From the NCBI GenBank assembly GCA_963717145.1, contig OY970325.1, forward strand, positions 1,504,001 to 1,568,000: DNA of 64,000 bases. Direction: 5' to 3'. The stretch's first letter is position 1. Every line of letters starts with the position of its first letter. Origin of the DNA: an uncultured Armatimonadetes bacterium. GTDB taxonomy: Bacteria; Armatimonadota; UBA5829; DTJY01. Under the pieces are notes generated by a model that was not told the DNA's origin, made no database searches, and was given only the letters and a program-made list of their open reading frames with translations. A program made the translations under genes and the position numbers. Positions 16,992 through 26,573 of the stretch are shown one piece after another.

Positions 16992-18977
16992 ATGCGATGG
17001 ATAGGGATTCTGCTGCTTGTCGCCGTGGTGGCGACGAGCGTCTTCGCAGCGGACGTTGCGACGACGGACAAGCCTGATATCAGACTCGACAAGAAGGTCA
17101 CCATCTCGGTCGTGCACGCCAAGCTCGAGGATGTGGTCAAGCAACTCTCCGAGCAATCGGGAGTCGAGATCAAGGCCGGGACCGGGGCGCGCGACTGGAA
17201 GGTCCGCGAGCGTAAGGTCACGATCGAGGCGAAGGACGTCCGGCTCGGAACCGTCCTCGAGGAGATCTCGAAGCTGCTCGGATTCTACCTCTCGAAGAGC
17301 GGCAAGAAGGATGAGTGGGCGTACACCTTCTGGCAGGACATGAAGGCCCGACTCCTCGAGTCCGAGATGCTGAATGCCGCGCGCGAGGCGGTCGCACAGC
17401 GTTCCGTGGCCATGCGTCAAAGCGCGCTCGACAGCGCATCCGAAGCACTGAAGCTCTCGCCGGAAGAAGCGATGAAGAAGAAGGCTGAGGATCCCTGGAC
17501 GGCCTACCTCGGCGGAACGAAGTCAGGGCGAGGGTATGCGCAGATTCTCGGCTACCTGGCCGGCAACTTTCCAATCGAGCGCGACCTGATGCTTCGCGGC
17601 AAGAAGACGACCATCTCGCTGGAGAGCATCCCGCCGTATCTGCAGCAGGCGATCGAGGATACCAAGTTCGGCGGCTACATGGCCCTCGGGGCTGAGCACA
17701 TGAGCCAGGAAGAGTCCGACATGTATGGAGGTCTCACTGCCAGTCAGCTCACCGTGATGCCGATGAGCGGATTCGCAAGTGATCAGGACATGGCCTCGGC
17801 GGGCTGGAGCGGAATGGTAATGATCAATGCCAGGCTCCCGGGAGACCTCGCAGGCGACGAGGTGCCCCCCGAGGTGGATTCGATGTTCGGCGGAGGAATG
17901 CCTCTGGCCATGTTCCCCCTCGCTCGCTCGGACTCGCTCACGGGGAAGCTGTTCGGCAAGATGCTCCTCGCGATCGACGAGGGGATGAAAGAGGGTGAGA
18001 TGGAGAAGCTCATGGAGGATGAGATGGGCAACCCCGACCTCTTTGCGGAGACGCTCGCGTTGGAATCTCCGACGGAGAAGGAACCTCCGACCGATCCCGA
18101 AATGACGAGGGAGGTGGACCTCGGTGAACTCCCCAAGGTCAACACATTCGAACCCGACACGGATCTTCCGGAAACGATCGGCAAGGAAGTGATCGCAGTC
18201 TCGAAGGCGATCGGGAAGCCCGTGTTACTCGAGTCGTTCCTCGGATCGATGCCGATGGGCATATTTCTGAACTCCGGTAAGCAGCCGCTGTACAAGATCC
18301 TGATCGGCATGGAGAAAGCCGGGTACAACTGGACCTTCGGCGACGGTACTCTGCGACTTCGGCCGGACGACTGGGCGCTTCAACGCTCGTATGAGATCCC
18401 CGAGAGCACGCTGGCGAAGTACAGCGAAATCCTCAAGAACCGCGAGTTCTCTCTCGACGACCTTGCCGGCCTGGCCACCGAGCTTACCGATGGTCAGATC
18501 ACCAATACGCTGATGGAGATGCCCGAGTTCACGTTCCTGGTGATGAGCATGCAGTCCGATTTCGGGGGTGGAAGCAGAGAACTGCTTCGGCTGTACGGCA
18601 GCATGTCCAGTCAGCAGAAGAGCGCCGTGCAAGCCGATCCCGGTCTGGGATTCAGCCAGTTGAGCGGCCCACAGTGGGATCGGCTGAACGTGATCATCAG
18701 CGACGAGTTCGGGGGCGTGTACGTTCTGGACGGCGCTATCGTGCTGACCACGCCGGAGGCCGACGCAGAGGGATACCCGTACACCTTCGATTTCACGGTC
18801 CAGGTCGGCGGAGAAGAGACTCCGAGGACCTTCTCGAGATCTATCACCGTATACGGCAAGGCGATGCGGGAGGAGATGCAGAAGTCCGTCGACGAGGCAA
18901 AGAAACAGGCAGAGACAGACACGCCTGGACAGGACAAGCCTATTCAGGAACAACCGCCTACAGAGGTTGGCAAATAG
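16992..18977 (+). CDS. secreted STN-like domain protein, paralogue 3 of 3
   Basis: AGGAGG RBS, signal peptide, N-terminal third nearly identical to paralogue 2. Confidence 0.75.
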   Translation: MRWIGILLLVAVVATSVFAADVATTDKPDIRLDKKVTISVVHAKLEDVVKQLSEQSGVEIKAGTGARDWKVRERKVTIEAKDVRLGTVLEEISKLLGFYLSKSGKKDEWAYTFWQDMKARLLESEMLNAAREAVAQRSVAMRQSALDSASEALKLSPEEAMKKKAEDPWTAYLGGTKSGRGYAQILGYLAGNFPIERDLMLRGKKTTISLESIPPYLQQAIEDTKFGGYMALGAEHMSQEESDMYGGLTASQLTVMPMSGFASDQDMASAGWSGMVMINARLPGDLAGDEVPPEVDSMFGGGMPLAMFPLARSDSLTGKLFGKMLLAIDEGMKEGEMEKLMEDEMGNPDLFAETLALESPTEKEPPTDPEMTREVDLGELPKVNTFEPDTDLPETIGKEVIAVSKAIGKPVLLESFLGSMPMGIFLNSGKQPLYKILIGMEKAGYNWTFGDGTLRLRPDDWALQRSYEIPESTLAKYSEILKNREFSLDDLAGLATELTDGQITNTLMEMPEFTFLVMSMQSDFGGGSRELLRLYGSMSSQQKSAVQADPGLGFSQLSGPQWDRLNVIISDEFGGVYVLDGAIVLTTPEADAEGYPYTFDFTVQVGGEETPRTFSRSITVYGKAMREEMQKSVDEAKKQAETDTPGQDKPIQEQPPTEVGK

Positions 18978-19042
18978 TCGATCGGTCGCATGTCAACATA
19001 ACTTGCATGAATTGGCCAGGTGTTTTGGCAATACAGCGCGAA

Positions 19043-19058
19043 TGGCACGATTCTTGCA
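19043..19058 (+). promoter_or_regulatory. sigma54 (-24/-12) promoter
   Basis: TGGCAC-GATTC-TTGCA, exact match to TGGCAC-N5-TTGCW in an intergenic region. Confidence 0.8.
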
Positions 19059-19068
19059 GGTAAGAACA

Positions 19069-19180
19069 CCAGGTGATTACAAGAGTTTTCTTCTTCTTTA
19101 CCTTTCGTGGCAAAATCGCCGGTTGGCTACCGGCACAGAAGACAGGCCCGACCGCAGACGGCGGTCGGGCTTATTTTTTT
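19069..19180 (+). ncRNA. candidate sigma54-dependent small RNA or attenuator leader (~110 nt)
   Basis: lies between the sigma54 promoter and an intrinsic terminator; pyrimidine tract ttttcttcttctttacctttc and hairpin gccggt-tggct-accggc. Confidence 0.5.
19143..19180 (+). terminator. intrinsic terminator
   Basis: gcccgaccgc-agacg-gcggtcgggc followed by ttattttttt. Confidence 0.85.
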
Positions 19181-19266
19181 GCCTGATTGATGCGGAATAT
19201 CCAGTCCCGAGCGTCTAATATGTGAACGAATAATCAGGCGATGGTGGCAAAACAGGTTCTCAGGCC

Positions 19267-19295
19267 TTGACAATTGCCCTGAAAAGTCGTAAAAT
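19267..19295 (+). promoter_or_regulatory. sigma70-type promoter
   Basis: TTGACA-N17-TAAAAT. Confidence 0.8.
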
Positions 19296-19402
19296 GTGTC
19301 AAGAATTTGAAGACCCGGTGCTCCGGCATGCCTCTGTCAGAGTTCCGTACCCCCCATACGCGCTTCACTCGTAAACTGCATACTCGGAAGGGAGCAACAA
19401 CA

Positions 19403-22348
19403 GTGACGAAGCGAAATCACCCCCGGCTCACTCACGTCTTCTTGATCGCCGGCCTGCTAGTGATGGCGGCCTGCAGCGCAACCTGGGCGCTCGGGCCGAT
19501 GGATTCACCATGGCCGATGTTCCGCCATGATTCGCGCCACAGCGCGACCAGCCCTTACGGAGACCCCACCCCGACAGGCCCCGCATGGTCATACTCCGCA
19601 GGTGGCGGACTCTCGTCCCCGGTCATAGCATCGGACGGCACGATCTACATCGGTGGAAACGGCTATCTGGTGGCCATGAACGGCGACGGGACATTCAAGT
19701 GGAAACTCAGCATCGGCGGCGGCGGTACGCGCAGCACCCCTGCGATCGCCGATGACGGTACTGTCTATATCGGAACGACAGCCGGCAGAGTCTATGCAGT
19801 GAATCCAAACGGCACTCAGAAGTGGTACTACAGCACTGGAGGGAGCGAGATCTCCTGCTCACCGACCATTGGGCCGGACGGGGTGATCTACATCGGAAGC
19901 AGGAACGCCAGCTTCTTCGCCATAAACCCTGATGGAACACTGAAATGGTCCAGGCCCACAGGCGGCGGCCACATGGGGGCGGCCTGCATCGGCCCCGATG
20001 GCACGATATATGTGGGCGGCGGGTTCAATCTATACGCCGTCAACCCGGTCGACGGCAGCACCAAATGGATGTATGTGACCGGATATACCATCCAGAGCGC
20101 CCCGGCGATGAGCCCCGACGGAAGCAGAGTCTACGTCGGATCTTGCGACGCATACCTTCATGCGGTGAACGCCGAGACTGGTGCGATGATATGGCAGACC
20201 ACGGTGCCTCTGGTCCCTGCCAGCACTTCATCCTCGCCGGCGGTCTCCCCGAGCGGTATGATATACATCGGATCGAATGGCGCATCGGCATCGATGGGCG
20301 GCGGGGCTCTCTTCGCCATCAACTCCAGCGGTGAGATAGTCTGGCAGTACCAGACCGCCTATGATGTACGTTCTTCGCCTTCAGTCAGCGCCGACGGCAC
20401 TGTGTACATCGGCGTGATGGACGGATTCGTCTTCGCTTTTAACCCCGACGGCACGAAGAAATGGCAGTATCTGACCACAGCAAGCGGCAGCGGCATCTAT
20501 GGATCGCCAGCCATTGCTGCGGACGGAAGCATAATCGTGCAGAATATCGGCGGCACAGTCTTCGGCAATCTAACCTGCACGCCGCCTGCAGCCAATGCGC
20601 CGAGTGACCTGGTCGTCACGGCGACCTCGGATTCGGCTACGAGCCTGACATGGGTAGATAACTCGGACAACGAGTTCGGCTTCCGCATTCAGCGCAGGAT
20701 GGGCACCAAGGGCGACTTCGTAACCGTAAAGAGCGTCGGCGCCGGCATCACAACCACCACGAACACCGGACTCGCATCAGGACAGACGTACTACTACCGG
20801 GTGTGCGCATACCAACAGGCTGGCGACTCGCAATTCTCCCCGGCCACGGGGATACTCATGCCCGGACTGCCCGCGCCCACCGACCTCATCGCCGAGCCGA
20901 TCACCGGCACACAGGTCGATCTGTCATGGACGGATCTCGCAACCGAGGAACTCGGATTCAAGATCGAGCGCTTCCAGGGAGTCGCCGGTCCGTTCGTACA
21001 GGTGGCGAGAGTCGGCGCCGATGTTTCCTCGTACAGCGATATGAGCGTCAACCCCGGGATCAACTACTACTACCGCGTGAGGGCATACGACGCCACACGG
21101 GATTCCAGCTACTCCAACGAAGACTGGGCGGTCACTCCCGGATTCGACTACGGCAACATCATCCGAGGAAACACTGAGAGACCGCAGATAGCGCTTACTT
21201 ACGATGCGGGCACGGCGGGCATTCGAGGAGCATTGCTCGACACGCTGAAGCAGAAACAGGTGTACTGCAACTTCTACATCACCGGATACGTTGCGCAGAC
21301 TCAGCCGGCCCTGTTGAAGCGGATAACGGATGAAGGTCACCTGATGGGCAACCACAGCATCGACCACCCGGCGTTCACGCAGATCACCGACCAGGAGATG
21401 GATCGTCAGTTGAACACGACTGACAACATCATCTACGGGCTTACCGGACACAAGACGAGACAGTGGTGGCGTGGTCCCTACGGCTCAGTTAACGATCACG
21501 TAATCGACGTGACCAGCACTCTCGGCTTCCGCCATGCAGCCTGGTCTATCGACAGCGGAGACGTGGGAGGCCGCAGTTCCTCTGCGATCACGGATACGTT
21601 CGTCGATGGTGCAGCTAACGGGAACGTGTGTCTCTCACACTGCACCCTGGCCAATTCCGAGGGCGCGGCGGCCGGTACTATCGATGGCCTGCGCGCACTC
21701 GGGTATGAACTCGTAACGGTCGCGGAACTGGTCGCACCACTCCAGGTAACCGCTCCTGCCAGCGATGTAGCCCCCGGTTGGAACTTTCTTTCTTTCCCGA
21801 TCGACCCGGCAAACACGACGCCGATGTGCACCTTCCGTGGAGTCGATATCGACGCCAAGCTGTTCAGGTGCAACAAGGAGACCGGCGTCCAGTCTGCCTT
21901 CAGCCAGACTACTCCTGAACCCTTCGGACAGCTCAGCTCCGACGAAGGATACTGGCTCTATCTGACCCCCGGGCAGAACGTCAAGTTCAACGGTTACGAG
22001 GCAACCAATGATCGGCACATCAAACTGCCGCAGGCTTGCACAACTCCTGACGGGGCTATGACAATGATCGGCTATCCATTCCAGGACCCGCAGCCGGTCG
22101 CGAACCTCATGGTCTACAACCCGAATGCTCCCGAACCGAAGCTTCGTTCCTTGGAGCAGGCTCGGAACGCTGGATGGGTATCGAGCATGCTCTATGGCTA
22201 TGACGCCGTGTATCAGAGCATGTTCATGACAGGGCTTGAAGACGACTACGTGGAGTTCACGCTGCTCCAACCGTGGCACGGCTACTGGTTCACCAGCTAC
22301 GTGAACGAACTCGAGCTGATCATACCCACCCCGGTTCAACCCACGTAG
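19403..22348 (+). CDS. secreted PQQ-like beta-propeller + 2 fibronectin type III + NodB-type polysaccharide deacetylase + C-terminal GWN..P module
   Basis: SPWPMFRHD, repeated SSP.I..DGTIYIG...NPDGT.KW; APSDL...WVDNSDNEFGF...YYYRV; IALTYDAG, NHSIDHP, WRGPYG; GTG start after AAGGGAG (ORF track starts at 19307). Confidence 0.85.
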   Translation: MTKRNHPRLTHVFLIAGLLVMAACSATWALGPMDSPWPMFRHDSRHSATSPYGDPTPTGPAWSYSAGGGLSSPVIASDGTIYIGGNGYLVAMNGDGTFKWKLSIGGGGTRSTPAIADDGTVYIGTTAGRVYAVNPNGTQKWYYSTGGSEISCSPTIGPDGVIYIGSRNASFFAINPDGTLKWSRPTGGGHMGAACIGPDGTIYVGGGFNLYAVNPVDGSTKWMYVTGYTIQSAPAMSPDGSRVYVGSCDAYLHAVNAETGAMIWQTTVPLVPASTSSSPAVSPSGMIYIGSNGASASMGGGALFAINSSGEIVWQYQTAYDVRSSPSVSADGTVYIGVMDGFVFAFNPDGTKKWQYLTTASGSGIYGSPAIAADGSIIVQNIGGTVFGNLTCTPPAANAPSDLVVTATSDSATSLTWVDNSDNEFGFRIQRRMGTKGDFVTVKSVGAGITTTTNTGLASGQTYYYRVCAYQQAGDSQFSPATGILMPGLPAPTDLIAEPITGTQVDLSWTDLATEELGFKIERFQGVAGPFVQVARVGADVSSYSDMSVNPGINYYYRVRAYDATRDSSYSNEDWAVTPGFDYGNIIRGNTERPQIALTYDAGTAGIRGALLDTLKQKQVYCNFYITGYVAQTQPALLKRITDEGHLMGNHSIDHPAFTQITDQEMDRQLNTTDNIIYGLTGHKTRQWWRGPYGSVNDHVIDVTSTLGFRHAAWSIDSGDVGGRSSSAITDTFVDGAANGNVCLSHCTLANSEGAAAGTIDGLRALGYELVTVAELVAPLQVTAPASDVAPGWNFLSFPIDPANTTPMCTFRGVDIDAKLFRCNKETGVQSAFSQTTPEPFGQLSSDEGYWLYLTPGQNVKFNGYEATNDRHIKLPQACTTPDGAMTMIGYPFQDPQPVANLMVYNPNAPEPKLRSLEQARNAGWVSSMLYGYDAVYQSMFMTGLEDDYVEFTLLQPWHGYWFTSYVNELELIIPTPVQPT

Positions 22349-22409
22349 TATGTGGGAGACTCCGATATGCTCAGTGGGATGAGGGAAATACTTTGGAACG
22401 GAACAACCT

Positions 22410-25351
22410 ATGACTAAGCGACGTTGCTTTCGGCCCATTCAGGTACTGTCAATCGTCGGCCTGTTGGTGCTTGCGGGGTGTAACGCAGCATGGGCGCTTG
22501 GGCCCATGAACTCGCCCTGGCCGATGTTTCGCCATGACGCGCGACACAGCGCGACGAGTCAGTACCACGACCCCGTGCCAACCGGTACGCCGTGGTCGTA
22601 TACCGCAGGCGGCGGACTCTCATCCCCGGTCATAGCGACCGACGGCACGATCTACGTTGGCGGGAATGGCAATCTGAGGGCTCTGAACGCCAACGGGACC
22701 TCCAAGTGGAGCTTCTCGATAGGCGGCGGGGGAACTCGGTCCACGCCTGCGATCGCGGATGACGGCACCGTATACATCGGAACGACGGCGGGCCGGGTCT
22801 ACGCGGTGAATGCCAACGGCACTCAGAAGTGGTACTACAGCACGGGCACTGAGAATCTCGGGGTCGCCCGCAATCGCTGCTGACGGCACGATCTATATCG
22901 GCAGCAGGAACGGCAACCTCTATGCCCTGAACCCCAACGGATCGCTCAAGTGGTCCAGGGCGGTAGGCGCGGTACACATGGGATCGCCCTGCATCGGCGC
23001 GGACGGGGTAGTGTACATAGGCGGCGGTTTCAACCTGAACGCGGTCAATTCGGATGGTACGGAAAAGTGGCACTACACCACCGGCTACACCATCCAGAGT
23101 TCCCCTGCGCTCAGCCCTGACGGCAGCAGGGTCTACGTAGGATCTTGCGACGCCTACCTGTATGCGATAAACACTTCCGACGGGTCGATGGTATGGGCGA
23201 CCACGGTTCCTCTGGTCCCGGCCAGCACATCGTCATCTTGCGCGGTGTCACCGAGCGGCATGATCTATATCGGATCGAATGGCGCATCGGCGTCGATGGG
23301 CGGCGGGGCTCTCTTCGCCATAGAGCCGACTGCCGGTGAGATCGTCTGGCAGTACCAGACTGCTTATGACATCCGGTCCTCGCCTGCCATCAGCGCTGAT
23401 GGCACGGTGTACATCGGGGTGATGGATGGCTTCGTCTTCGCATTCAACCCTGACGGAACGAAGAAGTGGCAGTTCCTGACATCCGCCAGCGCCAGCGGCA
23501 TCTATGGATCGCCCGCCATTGCCGCTAACGGCAGTGTGATCGTCCAGAGCATCGGCGGCACGGTTTACGGCAATATCACGTCTACCCCTGCTGCCGCGAA
23601 CGCACCCAGCGGTTTGGTAGTCACTCCCACCGGGGACACGACAACCCACCTGACCTGGGTGGACAACTCGGACGACGAGTACGGCTTCCACATCGAGCGA
23701 AGAATGGGCACTGTTCGGCGATTTCGCCTACGTCAACAAAGTGACCGCCGGGGTAACGGTGTTCGACGATTCAGGCCTGTCATCCGGTCAGACCTATTAC
23801 TACCGGGTATGCGCTTACCAGCAGGCCGGCGATTCTCAGTTCACCCCTGCAACGGGAGTCCTGATGCCCGGACTTCCGGCCCCGACTGGCCTTTCCGCGG
23901 ATCCGGTGACCGGCACGCAGATCGATCTCTCGTGGACCGATGTCGCCGCCGAGGAGATGGGCTACAAGATCGAGCGGTTCCAGGGGCCGGAGGGACCGTT
24001 CCTGCAGGTGGCAAGAGTCGGAGCGGACCTCCAATCGTACAGCGACGTGAGCGTCAACCCCGGGATCAACTACTACTACCGCGTGAGGGCATACGACGCC
24101 ACGCGCGATTCGAGCTACTCCAACGAAGACTGGGCGGTCACGCCCGGGTACGACTACGGCAACATCATCCGAGGAAACACTGAGCGGCCGCAGATAGCGC
24201 TCACGTTCGATGCCGGCACAGCGGGCATTCGCGGAACGCTGCTCGACACTCTTCTGCAGAAAGAGTGCTACTCCAACTTCTACATAACCGGGTACGTTGC
24301 CAAGACCCAGCCGGCGCTCATGCAGCGGATAGCCGCTGAGGGCCACCTGGTCGGCAACCACAGCATCGACCACCCGGCATTCACGCAGATCACCGACGAA
24401 GAGATGGATCGTCAGTTGAACACGACTGACAGCATCATCTACGGACTCACCGGACACAGAACGCGTCAGTGGTGGCGTGCTCCCTACGGCAACATCGACA
24501 GTCATGTTCTGGATGTTACCAGCAACCTCGGCTTCCGCCATGCCGCCTGGACTATCGACAGCGGAGATGTCGGCGGCGCGAGTTCGCAGTCGATCATCAA
24601 CACCATGCTGAATGGGGCGCAGAATGGGAATGTCTGTCTGTTCCACTGCACCCTGGCCAACACCGAGGGCGCCGTCGCAGGCGTGATAGACGGGCTGCGC
24701 GGCCTGGGGTATGAGTTGGTGACCGTGCCGGAGCTTGTGGCGCCCCTCCAGGTGACCGCACCTGCGAGCGCGATCTCGCCCGGCTGGAACTTGATGTCGC
24801 TCCCAATCGAACCGGCTAATACTTCCCCGATGTGCGTTTTCCGTGGAGCCAACCTCGATGGCAAGCTGTACGCATGGACGAAAGACACTCAGAGTCTTCA
24901 GCTCTTCGACAGCTTCTCGCCGGATTCGTTCGGACAGCTCAGCTCCGATTCGGGGTACTGGCTGGTTCTCGATCCGGGCGAAACCGTGAAGTTCAACGGT
25001 TACCCGGTCACCAACGATCGGCACATCAAACTGCCGCAGACAGCGGGCAACCCTCATGGCGCAATGATGATAATCGGGTACCCCTTCCAGACGGCGCAGC
25101 CTCTCGCGAACTGCCAGGTCTATAACCCGAATGCGCCCGATCCCAAGCTGCGGACGATCCAGGAAGCTCGTGACGCAGGATGGGTCTCCAGCAGCCTCTA
25201 TGGCTGGGACTCCGCGACCCAAAGCCTCTTCATGGTCGGTTTGGAAGACGACTGGCTGCAGTTCACTGAACTTGAGCCGTGGCACGGCTACTGGTTCACC
25301 ACTTATGTGAACGAGCTAGAGTTGATCATTCCCGTGCCAATAGACATCTAG
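22410..25351 (+). CDS. second paralogue of the propeller-FN3-deacetylase protein, interrupted by two +1 indels (~22854, ~23715)
   Basis: ORFs 22410..22883, 22810..24183 and 23741..25351 join into a protein colinear with 19403..22348 when one base is removed at each site. Confidence 0.8.
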
Positions 25352-25376
25352 CTTCAGCCGCCACTCCGTTGAAAAT

Positions 25377-25410
25377 GGGCCGGTCGAGTTCACTCGTCCG
25401 GCCCTTCTTT
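25377..25410 (+). terminator. probable intrinsic terminator
   Basis: gggccggtcgagt-tc-actcgtccggccc followed by ttcttt. Confidence 0.55.
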
Positions 25411-25479
25411 GCGCCAACTGCAGCTCCCCTTGTGAATCCTGGTACAAATAGCAGTTTTTTTTCGCCGCCCTGGCACTTT

Positions 25480-25495
25480 TGGCATGGTTCTTGCA
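25480..25495 (+). promoter_or_regulatory. sigma54 promoter upstream of the PEP-CTERM gene
   Basis: TGGCAT-GGTTC-TTGCA; TGT-N10-ACA at 25431-25446. Confidence 0.75.
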
Positions 25496-25637
25496 AGTTA
25501 GCTCCAGTGAGAATGGCTTCCCCCCGGCCCGAGGGAAGCCACCGAATCGTTTCACGTCCGGATGCTACGACAGCCGACCGGCGGTTTCACCATGCCGGTC
25601 TCAGCCGAGATAGGATGCGGTCGAAAGGAGCTGTGCA

Positions 25638-26393
25638 ATGAGGAAGTCCCTTGCCATTACAGCAGGAATCGTGTTGCTGCTCGGCCTGCAGTGCGCGAGT
25701 TTCGCAGATGCCCCTAACCCAGCCGTAAAATGGTCTCAGTTGCCGGACATGGGCAATGGACACCAGTTCTCCAGCGAGGTCAAGGTCCCGTCCACGGTAG
25801 CGGATGACTGGACTTGCCCGGACGGCAGGCCGATCACAGACATCCACTGGTGGGGCGGCTACTGGACACCTGTCGCCGACGGGCAGTATTCCCATTACAC
25901 CGACGGCCTATCGGCGGCGCTCACTCCCGGGTCGCTGCAGACATTTACGATCAACATATGGAGCGATGCCCCCGCAGGCGGCTCCCAGCCGTTCAGCAGA
26001 CCAGGGAGCATTCTCGAAACATACGTTTTCAACCTGGCCGATGTCCATGAGGTTCTCTACAACACTACAACATCGGGAAGGACGGTCTATCAGTACTACG
26101 TGGACCTGCCGGAGCACTTCGAGCAGGTGCAGGGGACGACCTACTGGCTGTCCATCCGTGCGGATCTGCCTCCCACGTCCGTGCAATGGGGATGGCACGA
26201 ATCGAACGACCATCGCGTGAGCCCCGCAGTCGAGGATTTCAAGGGCTCCGGATGGGTTCAGCTACAGAATAATCAATACGACAACGACATGGCGTTTGAA
26301 TTGACAACGATCCCCGAGCCGGGCGGACTCAGTGTCCTCTGCACCGGTGTTGTGAGCCTGGCAGCCTTCCTCTACAGACGGCGCAGAGTGTAG
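25638..26393 (+). CDS. PEP-CTERM sorting-domain surface protein
   Basis: signal peptide; C-terminal IPEPGG + hydrophobic helix + RRRRV; GAAAGGAG RBS. Confidence 0.88.
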   Translation: MRKSLAITAGIVLLLGLQCASFADAPNPAVKWSQLPDMGNGHQFSSEVKVPSTVADDWTCPDGRPITDIHWWGGYWTPVADGQYSHYTDGLSAALTPGSLQTFTINIWSDAPAGGSQPFSRPGSILETYVFNLADVHEVLYNTTTSGRTVYQYYVDLPEHFEQVQGTTYWLSIRADLPPTSVQWGWHESNDHRVSPAVEDFKGSGWVQLQNNQYDNDMAFELTTIPEPGGLSVLCTGVVSLAAFLYRRRRV

Positions 26394-26422
26394 AATCAGG
26401 CAGAGATACGCATCAGATATAC

Positions 26423-26454
26423 GACAGCCGCTCCCGTTGGGGCGGCTGTCTTTG
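26423..26454 (+). terminator. intrinsic terminator
   Basis: gacagccgctcc-cgtt-ggggcggctgtc followed by ttt. Confidence 0.7.
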
Positions 26455-26573
26455 CGCTAGACCTCCACAGCACGCCCCATCTCCTTGACTTTTGGCCTCC
26501 ACTGCTCTACAATTTGTCTCGGATCACGTGGCTTATTCCCAGCCCGGATGCTGGTTACAGGAGTTTCTACATA

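Noticed and set aside
25548-25560. parS site (gtttcacgt)
   Set aside because: Half-site only; the palindromic second half is absent (same for cacgtg words near 2039 and 26525)
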